A stretch of DNA of 16,823 bases from Candidatus Hadarchaeota archaeon (GTDB lineage Archaea > CAYQAE01 > CAYVLA01), in assembly GCA_964621445.1 (NCBI GenBank), contig CAZUNO010000041.1:1-16823 (forward strand), read 5' to 3'. The translations under genes were made by a program, and so were the position numbers. The notes beneath the pieces were generated by a model that was not told where the DNA came from, searched no databases, and worked only from the letters and a program-made list of their open reading frames with translations. Shown one piece after another: positions 7,710 to 16,170 of this stretch. Each line of letters opens with the position of its first letter. Positions within the stretch are counted from its first letter, which is position 1.

Positions 7710-8347
7710 CATCGAGATAATCGTGTCTGTGAAAGAGATGAATTTTTGCCTTGGTTTTTTAGGGGTTTTAAGTTGGGGAAATCTTCAGTGGTTAGAATAG
7801 AGGCAAAACTAACATTATTTTCCCTAAGCAGGTCCTTTGCACCTTCCTCCCTATCCACAATAGCAATGGCTTTTATGATTTCAGCGCCGAATTTGTCTAC
7901 TTCTTTAGCCGTGCTCAGAAGTGATGAGCCAGTTGTGGTGACATCATCAACTAATAAAACCCGGTTATTGGTCTGGATCGGTCCTTCAACAAGATTATCC
8001 GTGCCATGATTCTTTACCTCTTTTCTTACATAGAAAGATTTGACTGAACTATCATGACTTTGAAAAGCTTCCAGGGCAGTAGCAACTGCAATTGGAATTG
8101 CGCCTGTTTCCAGTCCTCCGATAGCATCAACCTTAAGATCCCTAACCTGTTTGGCAATGATTTTAGCAATGATGAGAAGACTATTGGGATCCAGAATAAT
8201 AGGCTTCAAATCGAAAAAATAATTGCTATGCTTTCCCGAGCTTAACAAAAAAGAACCCGTCTTAAGCCCTTTTTCAAGAACCAGATTTCTTAGAAGATTG
8301 ACATAATCGGTTTCCGGAATATCATTTCTAGACTTGGTGACATTCAA
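7706..8347 (-). CDS. pyrE: Orotate phosphoribosyltransferase
   Basis: GSFLLSSGKHSNYFFDLK, the VRKEVKNHGT flexible loop, the PRPP-binding VLLVDDVTTTGSS and IVDREEGA. TTG start with GGAGGG SD. Confidence 0.93.
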   Translation of the reverse strand: MNVTKSRNDIPETDYVNLLRNLVLEKGLKTGSFLLSSGKHSNYFFDLKPIILDPNSLLIIAKIIAKQVRDLKVDAIGGLETGAIPIAVATALEAFQSHDSSVKSFYVRKEVKNHGTDNLVEGPIQTNNRVLLVDDVTTTGSSLLSTAKEVDKFGAEIIKAIAIVDREEGAKDLLRENNVSFASILTTEDFPNLKPLKNQGKNSSLSQTRLSRC

Positions 8348-8721
8348 TACTATCCCTCCACTGTACTTTCCGGTTTATTGAAACATAAACCAAGGTAATG
8401 TAGACTATGTCGCTATGCCAGGAAGTGGAATCCCTCATTTGAACAATTAGCGTCCGAGAGCTACTCATGCCTTTGCACTTCCCTGTATTCCAATTCTGTT
8501 GAGACTATTAAAGATCTGTTCGGAGGAATATTCTGAGCCAGAACATGAAAAAGTCCATGGCAAAATCCTTGCTCCTTCTTATACAAGAGCCGTAACCAAT
8601 CACTCTTATTATTTAGTAATATAATTGATTTAGCAGGGTTCTCCAAATCTGAAGAAGTCCTTAACATGGGAACAGACATCGGTTCATTAAATCTTTATTC
8701 ATTGAAAAACGTTATTCAAAT

Positions 8722-9159
8722 ATGGAGTCTTGCCTATCTACTACCGGAGTTGAACTTGAAAGAATCTTTTCCAATGAAATTGATGAGGAGTGCTTCAGGA
8801 AAGCTCTCATAACTTTGAGGAAGACCAATTGTAAACAGGTGCATAGTGAAATATTGCTCTCATCAATGGCTGATTTTTTTTCGCGTATCTTGGATCATTT
8901 TGACAAACTACGTTACTATGACCTTGAAAAGAGAGTGGGTTTGAACTTGGATAAGGAGTCCAAAAGGGTTTTCTACTCTCTTAAAACGGAGGTTGAGAAG
9001 CTAATAGCTACTTTAAAGGAACCGAAGGAGATCTCTTATGAAGATGCTTATTGTGAGTTAGCCCAAATGTTAAGATCGTGGAAGGAATTGCCCAAGGATA
9101 ATGGCGAATCGATCGTTGACAAAGGAAGGAATATGAGAAGGGGTAAGAATGATGATTAA
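8722..9159 (+). CDS. Hypothetical charged alpha-helical protein (possibly the 3' part of a longer degraded gene)
   Basis: 145-codon ORF in AT-rich DNA with protein-like composition. The frame is open upstream to 8665. No family recognised. Confidence 0.55.
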   Translation: MESCLSTTGVELERIFSNEIDEECFRKALITLRKTNCKQVHSEILLSSMADFFSRILDHFDKLRYYDLEKRVGLNLDKESKRVFYSLKTEVEKLIATLKEPKEISYEDAYCELAQMLRSWKELPKDNGESIVDKGRNMRRGKNDD

Positions 9160-9215
9160 TGACGGTACGTCTTCCAACCGTGGACACTCTAAATGATCCA
9201 TGCCCATCAATGCCT

Positions 9216-11318
9216 TCAATTGTCCGATCCATCCGCGGGCAGGACGAGGGTAACTGTAGTACCCTCTCCTTCCTTGCTCTTCACGGAGATGGTTCCAGCC
9301 TGGGCCTCAGCCAGGCGTTTACACACGGCCAGGCCAAATCCCTGACCCTGGGCCTTGGTGGTGAATAGGGGTTCAAAGACCTTCTCCATCTGCTCTCGTG
9401 GTATCCCGGCTCCTGTATCCTTGACCTCTATGATTGCATTTCCGTCTTCCCGACAGGCCCGGATTGCTAGATCTCCCTCCTCGGGCATGGACTGTACCGC
9501 ATTGGTGACCAGGTTGGTTAATATCCTTTTCAGCATGCCCCGATCTGCTCTTAGCTCCCCCTCCCCAATCTCAATGTTCACCGAAACCTTCACATCCTCC
9601 GGGAGATATGTGTCCGAAAGGATCTCTTCCATCACTTCAAGTAGGTCCACTGGCTGGATTTCTGGTTTTAGTGTCCTGGAGTAATCCTGGATGTCGGAGA
9701 CTATCTTGTCCATGTACCCCGTTTCACGCACGATGTTCTCCAAAAATTCCAGAATTTTGGACCGTCTCTCCCGGTTCAGTTCGCTGTGCCGGATCTCTTT
9801 CCTAATCAGGTAGAGATTATTTACCACCGCCTGCAGAGGGTTACGAAGGTCGTGGCCAACCATGGCCGAGGTCTCCCCGATGGCCGCCATCCTCTCCTTC
9901 TCCTTGAGCTGCATGGTCCTCTCCTCCACCAACTTCTCCAGGTGTTCGGAGTATCTTTCAATCTGCTTCTGTGCCCGCTTATGCTCGATACCGCTACCGA
10001 TTATGTTAGCGGCGGTTGACAAAGTCCCTATGTCCTTTTGGTTCCAGTTGCCGGTCTCAGTAATATCGTCGAAGCCCACGAAGCCGGCTACCTTTCCTTC
10101 AATTCTCACCGGAAGCACCAACAGAGAACAGATATCCTGGCTCTCCATTATCTCCATTTCTTTCCTGCCCTCCGAGGGAATTTCGGAGGGATCAGCGATG
10201 TGTATGGCCTTTCCCGATCTAATCCTTTCCGTAACCCAGGGAAAAGCATCTATGGGAAGATCCTGAATCTTCTCCTTCTCTGGCTCCACTCCTAGGGCAC
10301 ACCATTCGTGGGTATTTTCCATGACCTCTGTATCTCTAAACAGGAATAGACAACCCCGGCTGGCCCCGCTCAGATGTCCAATGTCCTCCAGGGCCCTCTC
10401 GACGGCCCAATCCAGGTCGGAAGCAGCCACAAACCTTGAGGAAATGCGAGCCAGGACCATCTCCCCTTTTAGGTGCCTCTCCAGCTTCCTACGGGTCATA
10501 ATCTGGTCGGATATGTTTGCCAGTAGCAGGGCAAGGGCATCGATGAGGTCCCTCTCCTCCTTAAGGAAGGGCCCCTCATCCATTCTGGGCTTCTCCTCCA
10601 GATAGCATACCTCCACCAACCCGCAGGAGCCCTTCTGACACTCGATAACCGAGGTCTGCCTCCACTCGGTTTCCCTGAAATTTTCGCTCCTGAACTCGTG
10701 TTCTCCCAGGACTATCCTGGCGCAGGCAATCCTTGGGTACTGCCAGCTCGAGGGAATGAGGTGAACGGTCCTGCTCAGGATGTCCTCCAGGGACAGGTTG
10801 GGGTTGGTACTCAGCCTCGATACCTGGTAAAGGAGGTCAAGTTCCTTGTTTCGTTCGCCCAGGTCGTGGAGGAACCTCTCCTTTTCCTTCTCCTCCCTCT
10901 TGCGCTCGGTGATGTTGGTGAATGATACGGCCACGCAGTTATCGGGGAGCGGGGAGACCTGAACCTTGAACCAGGCAGGATTGATTCGCCTATTACCATA
11001 TGCAATCTCCCCAAGATCTGCGGGCTCTCCCGTCCTAGCCACCCTGGCATAGATCTGGGGAACCCCCTTGTCCCTTAATCCGGGAAAGCTCTGGTCCAGG
11101 GTCTTACCGATCACCTCTCCAGGAGGTATACCGGTGAATTCCTCGGTAATTTCATTGGCGTAGATCATTCTCAGCGAGGAGTCGTCGGTCCTGTCCTCCA
11201 GTCGGTAGATGTGAAGGCCGATGACAAGGCCGTCCAGAATATGCATTGAAATGCGGACGGGGAGGGCAACACCTTTCTCCGGTTTATTTGACAAGTTCTT
11301 TTCACCTTCATGAGCCAC
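9216..11318 (-). CDS. Cytoplasmic sensor histidine kinase (PAS - GAF-like - GAF - HisKA - HATPase_c)
   Basis: H-box MVGHDLRNPLQ, N-box NLVTNAVQSM, G1 DTGAGI, F-box FEPLFTTK, G2 GQGFGLAV. PAS (YAN...FTG...VIGK) and GAF (NTHEWCA...GFVGFD) domains. No TM segment evident. Confidence 0.93.
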   Translation of the reverse strand: MAHEGEKNLSNKPEKGVALPVRISMHILDGLVIGLHIYRLEDRTDDSSLRMIYANEITEEFTGIPPGEVIGKTLDQSFPGLRDKGVPQIYARVARTGEPADLGEIAYGNRRINPAWFKVQVSPLPDNCVAVSFTNITERKREEKEKERFLHDLGERNKELDLLYQVSRLSTNPNLSLEDILSRTVHLIPSSWQYPRIACARIVLGEHEFRSENFRETEWRQTSVIECQKGSCGLVEVCYLEEKPRMDEGPFLKEERDLIDALALLLANISDQIMTRRKLERHLKGEMVLARISSRFVAASDLDWAVERALEDIGHLSGASRGCLFLFRDTEVMENTHEWCALGVEPEKEKIQDLPIDAFPWVTERIRSGKAIHIADPSEIPSEGRKEMEIMESQDICSLLVLPVRIEGKVAGFVGFDDITETGNWNQKDIGTLSTAANIIGSGIEHKRAQKQIERYSEHLEKLVEERTMQLKEKERMAAIGETSAMVGHDLRNPLQAVVNNLYLIRKEIRHSELNRERRSKILEFLENIVRETGYMDKIVSDIQDYSRTLKPEIQPVDLLEVMEEILSDTYLPEDVKVSVNIEIGEGELRADRGMLKRILTNLVTNAVQSMPEEGDLAIRACREDGNAIIEVKDTGAGIPREQMEKVFEPLFTTKAQGQGFGLAVCKRLAEAQAGTISVKSKEGEGTTVTLVLPADGSDN

Positions 11319-11682
11319 TAAATAGGTGTATGGTCACAGGTCGGTGGAACAACTGCGAAAACTATGGTTTCTTTTGGGCGGGCATTCCCATGAAAACCTG
11401 AAAATAAGTCGTTCTTTCCGGCTTTCCTAAATCGCGGCCGGAAGAAATTGACCTACCAGTTTCCAGAGCCGGCCCTTAGCCTTGTCTTAGAGGGACCCCA
11501 GGTCCCTGACAAAGAGTCTCAGAATCGTCTTTAGCTGCTTATGAAAAAAACGGAATTAAGAAAATCTCTGATTTTTGGGGTTCGATGGCTATTTGCCAGA
11601 ATCTATTAACCTTACCCGCTCACCCATACATCCACTATAAAAAAAGATTCTGACCACCAAATTTCATGCCGGAATTTGAAAT

Positions 11683-11915
11683 ATGATGGACCTGATTGCG
11701 GTAGTAATCTACATAATCTGTTTGGAAGGCACATCTACAATTCAGCTAGCATTGGTCCTTGGGACCTCCTGGGAAGGGTTGCATGGAGCAACAAGTTCAA
11801 GGGTAAATTTCCCACCAATTATCGGATTATGAGCGTCCTAACACTACCATTGTTTGCTTTTTCAACCCCCGTGGCTCTGGAAAGCGCGGGAATGACGAAT
11901 ATCTTTCCAGGTATT
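11683..11915 (+). pseudogene. Frameshifted, 3'-truncated small membrane protein gene
   Basis: MMDLIAVVIYIICLEGTSTIQLALVLGTSW /(-1 near 11772)/ GRVAWSNKFKGKFPTNYRIMSVLTLPLFAFSTPVALESAG resembles the uncharacterised membrane family with Q-L-A-L-x-L-G-A-P-W-G-x-x-A-W-G-G-x-x-x-G-x-L-P-x-x-x-R-I. Family recognised from memory only. Confidence 0.55.
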
Positions 11916-11919
11916 AGCG

Positions 11920-11985
11920 ATTTTCTTACGGCCTCTACAGACTCTGAATAATAGCGATGAGAAGGTCGGTATCAAGGCATACCAT
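11920..11985 (-). pseudogene. N-terminal stub of VapC
   Basis: MVCLDTDLLIAII starts 2 nt after the antitoxin stop, with TAG at 11935-11937. A shifted frame gives EAVRK. The remainder is absent. Confidence 0.8.
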
Positions 11986-11987
11986 TT

Positions 11988-12230
11988 CTAGGTCCCCAGC
12001 TCCAAAATTTGGTCGTATTCTTTCCACATCCCCTCAATCTCCTCCTGTATGCCGTCAATCTCACCAGGTGAGCCTTTCCACCTACCAGCGTAACTTGATA
12101 AAGGCCTGCTTTTGAGCTTACCAAGCGCCCTTTCTATAACCTCGGTAAAGCTCTCGCCATCCTTCTTCATGCTGGCCAGTAGATCGTAGGCTTCTTGGGA
12201 GATGGTTATCGTCTTTCTAGTTCTAGGCAT
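11988..12230 (-). CDS. vapB: VapB antitoxin (DUF217/VAPB_antitox-like)
   Basis: KTITISQEAYDLLASMKKDGESFTEVIERAL and L..YAG.W motifs. Start is probably ATG 12230; the ORF track gives 12254. Confidence 0.9.
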   Translation of the reverse strand: MPRTRKTITISQEAYDLLASMKKDGESFTEVIERALGKLKSRPLSSYAGRWKGSPGEIDGIQEEIEGMWKEYDQILELGT

Positions 12231-12374
12231 ATTTTTCTTGTATTTTAAATCCATCTTATCAGATTCCTCAGAAACATTGTATTTTTTTCCTGTCCCCCTT
12301 GAACTCTACTAAAGATAAGAGAATTTCCCCCTGATCGAGATGCAACCCGGAGGAACGGTCCTTCCGATCAATAA

Positions 12375-12453
12375 CTAAAGTATAAGCTTTAAAATTAGTG
12401 GCAGAGCCACTATTATGATAAGTGTTACGAAACAGTCATAACTGCATGTTCCG
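12375..12453 (-). pseudogene. Broken C-terminal transmembrane segment of the dcd-like gene
   Basis: After TAG the frame reads RNMQL*(TGA)LF, and a +1 shift gives VTLIIIVALPLILKLIL*. Confidence 0.7.
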
Positions 12454-13065
12454 CTAAATACTTTCTACAGTTTCCTTGAAGGCGCCTACACTATTGTCAA
12501 GTCCTCTAACGCTTTCCTGGAGGGACTTTACCGCAAATAAAACTTCGGCAAAACTCATGCCTTTCATCTCCATCAGGTACGAGATATCCTCAGATCTAAA
12601 GTCGAACTGATTCTGATAATCGCCGGAGTAACCTCGGCTTGCCTGGGTATCAGTTCTCGAGAACTCAACTGTGCAGAACAGTTCTCCATAACTCATAGTA
12701 ACTGGACGGTTAGTAGTATTAAAAAGAGACAAGCTGAGGATGCCGTGAAAACCCGGGTCAATCTGAGGCCCCGAAAACATAATCAACCCCTTCCTTGTGA
12801 ACTTTGACCTCAAGCCCATTCGGCCGCAAATACCTTGAGACAGATGGAGTTGCTCCAGCGTCTGAACTGCGACGAACTCCGAGCGATCTATGGTGATAAA
12901 CCCATCATCTTCCGTCAAAGGTATTACTTTATCTTTGAAGGCCTTGCGACCGAGTCTGAGGTCCACGGACGCAGGCTGAAGTTGAGTCTCCTTGTTAATT
13001 TCTAAAGTTATCCTTATCTCGCCTTTCCTCATGGTTTCTTCCAGGTCCGTGTCAGACATAACCAA
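12454..13065 (-). CDS. dCTP deaminase/dUTPase trimeric-fold protein with C-terminal coiled coil (3' end damaged)
   Basis: QPASVDLRLG, GLRSKFTRKGL, QIDPGFHG and Y.G.YQ.Q motifs. The deaminase catalytic Glu position reads Ser, so dcd is not assigned. Confidence 0.85.
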   Translation of the reverse strand: MVMSDTDLEETMRKGEIRITLEINKETQLQPASVDLRLGRKAFKDKVIPLTEDDGFITIDRSEFVAVQTLEQLHLSQGICGRMGLRSKFTRKGLIMFSGPQIDPGFHGILSLSLFNTTNRPVTMSYGELFCTVEFSRTDTQASRGYSGDYQNQFDFRSEDISYLMEMKGMSFAEVLFAVKSLQESVRGLDNSVGAFKETVESI

Positions 13066-13349
13066 AATGAATCCCCTAATGAGAAAGGCACATTATCTAA
13101 AAAAGGATTCTTGTACCCCCTTCCGGGACGAATAAACACAGAGGCGAAGTTGGAGGGATGGGGGCCACCGCATCCAACTGTCCACCGGACGTATCAATAT
13201 CATATAGCTCGTTCAAGGGTAGACAATTTGACCATTTTACCATCCATCTACCGTCAATTTTAAAACGCAACGGCTGTAGAACCCAATGAACTCAAACTGA
13301 AGTCTGGAATTTCTCTTTCAATTCAACTTAAAAAAAGACACGAGGGCGT

Positions 13350-13556
13350 TTAAGCAGCTAATTTCTTTTTACCCTTTAGTATCGGCTTTATTATCTCCAG
13401 AACCGTTTCGCTGGCATCCAAAATTTCTATCTCGATCGGCTTTCCAGCTTCGTTGTAATGTGTAATGATCGGGCCCGATTGCTCCCCAAAGACCGGCTTT
13501 TCATCACTGAGCTCCAGTATCATTATATCAGTTTCTGGATCGTATCTATATTTCAT
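13350..13556 (-). CDS. DUF2283-family putative antitoxin
   Basis: MKYRYDPETDIMILEL...IITHYNEAGKPIEIEILDAS signature. Overlaps the upstream DUF4258 gene and is followed by a T-tract on the minus strand. Confidence 0.88.
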   Translation of the reverse strand: MKYRYDPETDIMILELSDEKPVFGEQSGPIITHYNEAGKPIEIEILDASETVLEIIKPILKGKKKLAA

Positions 13557-13779
13557 ATCTTTCACTTCTCGCTCTATATGTAGTTATGACAACATTGCTA
13601 TTCTTTTCTTTTTCAAAAACCACCCTTAAGACGTAGCCATTAAGATTGAGCTGTGCCATACATCTTCCTGAATGCCCCTCCATTATGCTATCCGGGCTTT
13701 CCAGAGCTCTTTCTACTAATTCTCTTGGCAAGCCATATTTTTCCATTCTACGCTTGGCGTGATCCGATATTACTGCCAT
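13546..13779 (-). CDS. DUF4258-family (RelE-like) putative toxin
   Basis: ISDHAKRRMEKYGL...ALESPD...LRVVFE...VVITTY, paired with DUF2283. Confidence 0.88.
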   Translation of the reverse strand: MAVISDHAKRRMEKYGLPRELVERALESPDSIMEGHSGRCMAQLNLNGYVLRVVFEKEKNSNVVITTYRARSERYEI

Positions 13780-14016
13780 CCCACTGCCTGGTTTGGGCGT
13801 TTAATTGATAACTATTAATCCTGCATTTATGACAAGCTGGTTATATAAACAAGGAAATCGATGTTTCCCCCCGTAAATTAACTTGTTTACCTTTCCCCTA
13901 ATTTCCCCTCCCTGGGCTCTGAACATCATTTTGGAACCGACTTCTTTTTTCCTAATATCCCGATCATGGAGGCTCAAGCAAAGGAAATTGTCTTGTCGAG
14001 CAACTGCTAATTCGAG

Positions 14017-15215
14017 AAGCCTGCGCCGGATCATGAGGGACCAGAGCAGGAAACCGCAGTCCATGAAGGTCTCGGTCACCGCCAGCCACTCGATGATGTA
14101 GATCCAGAGGAGTGTACGGTTCTTTACCTGGACCGCCTCCTCCTCGGCCTCCTTCAGGATCTGGTCCACCTCGTTATAGGTTTCCAGGACCTCCTCGAAT
14201 CGCTGGTCCAGGTACTGAGGAAGGGCACTGGCCGTGGCCCGGTCCAGCTCGTCGATTCTCTTGGTAATGGTATCGGTGTTGGCCCCGAAGGACTCGCAGA
14301 ACTCGAGCAGGGCCAGTAAAAGGGACCTCCTGGTCCCCGTCTCCAGTATCTTCCCCCTCGCGGCGTGTACCAGGGCGATGTCCTGGGGCACCCGTCGACG
14401 GTCCAGATAGATCATCATGTTTCCCACGTAGTCGTAGGCGTATTCCCACCTGCTCCCGAAGATCTCCACCAGGCGGCAGGACTCGCTGGTCAGGGCGAAT
14501 GTCCTGGCACCGTTGGGCAGCTCCCAGTCCACCATCAAGGGGTCGTTCCCCGATCCGGTGATCACGTGGGCCAGCTGTCGCGCTCCGGGCTTGACCTTCA
14601 CGATATTGTGGTGCCATATGGCCCCCGAGAGGGCCGGATCCCCGGTGTTCCAGGGATGCTGGACATGAACTCGTTTTCAGGCTCGTCTATCACCAGCAGC
14701 TGTAACGGGGAGTCATCCCATTGGCCGATAACGTCCTCCGTGGGGAGCAGTTTGCCCACCGAGGTCTCACCCCACGGCGAGTACCCAGCGGAACCGCCGA
14801 AGGACTGCCAGCCCCCGCACATAACCATTCCCAGCTCCCTCTCGGAGACCCCCCGGGCCAGCTTGTCGATGTGGGGGGACACGGCGTGGACGTTGGCCTC
14901 GAAGAGCACTATGACATCGTAGTTTGCGGAGAGGTCGCTCAGGGACCTGGGCATATATAGCCTGACCATCCTGTGTACATCGGCGGTGGTCATGGCGGCC
15001 ATGGGGCCGTAGGCCATGAAGTCCCGGATGGTGGCCTGGACGAAGGTCATGCTGAACATGGGGTCGGATCGCATCATCCAAAAAGGCCTGGATCGCGCCA
15101 CGCAGCCCACGTACAAAACACCGACCTGGCCGTTTTCCAGGGCCTGGATCCCCTCGGGTATAAGAAGAGCTAGGAGGGCCAGGAATAGAATGGTTTGTAA
15201 ACGGCTGGGGCACAA
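14017..15215 (-). pseudogene. Frameshifted secreted/membrane protein with class I glutamine amidotransferase-like (DUF1355-like) domain
   Basis: Signal peptide, YDVIVL and GMVMCGGWQSFGG...LLP motifs. A 1-nt deletion at 14653-14655 joins ...MSSIP to WNTGDPALSGAIWHHNIVKVKPGA.... The C-terminal TM contains charged residues (ETFMDCG) and ends MIRRRL. The GC-rich tract ends near 14017. Confidence 0.7.
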
Positions 15216-15368
15216 TCCGATTTATAATTGTGGGGGACCCTCTTTAAGATTGACCTTCTCACAGAGATTTTCCGGGTCCCAAAGACGTGTTTCCAAATTA
15301 AAAAGGAAAATGCTATGTCAACTCTGAGAGCTGATGAATAAGGAGAACTGATAAAAAAATAAATGGGT

Positions 15369-15788
15369 TTACTCTAATGCAATCTTTCCTTTTTGCAATA
15401 GATAGTAACCATTTCCAGTTGTAATATAGGTCAGCTTTACAATTTCTTGTAGAGCACCGTAGCATGAATCGTTATGTTCAATACGTCCAGCAAGGCTGTC
15501 CAAAGCAGCCGAAAGTTTATCGAAGAAATCTGAAGGAAGCACAATAGTCTTATCCCCACCTCTAATGATGTTCGTTCTATTCTTTATTGTATTATAGGCC
15601 CCATGTAGAATGAAATCTGTAGTTACAAGTTCCAAATCCCACCCTTCATTTAAGGCCCTATTGGTTACTCCATAAGCTGCGCTAAAAAAATACAACTTTC
15701 TATTCATTTCAACTTCTTGTCTCATCTTCTTTGCAGCAAAGTGAAGCTCTTCGACAATTCTGTTTCTTAATTCATCTGATATATCCAT
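15369..15788 (-). CDS. Hypothetical alpha-helical protein (139 aa), third gene of the PIN module
   Basis: ATG 15788 has a GGGGAG SD and overlaps the upstream gene by 17 nt. Motifs KLYFFSAAYG and TTGNGYYL. T-tract downstream. Confidence 0.8.
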   Translation of the reverse strand: MDISDELRNRIVEELHFAAKKMRQEVEMNRKLYFFSAAYGVTNRALNEGWDLELVTTDFILHGAYNTIKNRTNIIRGGDKTIVLPSDFFDKLSAALDSLAGRIEHNDSCYGALQEIVKLTYITTGNGYYLLQKGKIALE

Positions 15789-16170
15789 ACGACTCCCCAA
15801 CCGCAGTTGTGTGATTCTTTTCTTGAATAGATACTGAATCCTCACTTTCACCAATAGAATGTGGGTAATTGACTGAAAAACGCTCCTCATTAATATAAAA
15901 AGAACCTGAGATACCTTCTATTGATGGATAGGCTGATTCATTAGACTCCTTTTGGAGCCTTGACCATAACTCCGTTTCAGCCTCCTTCAATATCCGTCTC
16001 GCTTCCTTTACCTCTCTTCCCGAAGGCACATGATCATAATCATCCAGTAGATTTTGAACTTGTTCAAGGTTTAGATCCAGGCGCTCCGCAGCCTCTGCAT
16101 AAGTAATATCCGAACGTACTAGTTGGGCAAGGACCTCTTTTACTCTTTCATCCATTTCCGTATTGGGCAC
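15772..16170 (-). CDS. HTH-containing antitoxin-like protein (UPF0175-like N-terminus) with C-terminal extension
   Basis: DITYAEAAERLDLNLEQVQNLL HTH. The GTG start directly follows the PIN stop, with SD GGAGGT. Ser/Glu-rich tail. Confidence 0.75.
   Translation of the reverse strand: MPNTEMDERVKEVLAQLVRSDITYAEAAERLDLNLEQVQNLLDDYDHVPSGREVKEARRILKEAETELWSRLQKESNESAYPSIEGISGSFYINEERFSVNYPHSIGESEDSVSIQEKNHTTAVGESYGYIR

Noticed and set aside
8461-8679. 72-aa minus-strand ORF upstream of pyrE
   Set aside because: No motif or clear SD. It could equally be antisense to a degraded + strand gene.
9159-11050. Multiple + strand and alternate-frame ORFs within the kinase gene
   Set aside because: Shadow ORFs of a GC-rich coding sequence.
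12454-12456. TAG as pyrrolysine in the dcd-like gene; identity with the known anti-phage dCTP deaminase (AvcD type)
   Set aside because: A further TGA and a frameshift follow, so decay is simpler. AvcD-type enzymes use a zinc cytidine-deaminase fold plus a kinase domain, not this trimeric fold.
13801-14016. C-terminal ~70 aa of ORF 13801..14601
   Set aside because: Run-on into AT-rich sequence that contains the probable TATA box (TTTATATAA, about 13841-13849) of the DUF4258 module.
15789-15890. N-terminal 34 aa of ORF 15369..15890
   Set aside because: Overlaps the upstream gene. The SD-supported ATG at 15788 is the better start.
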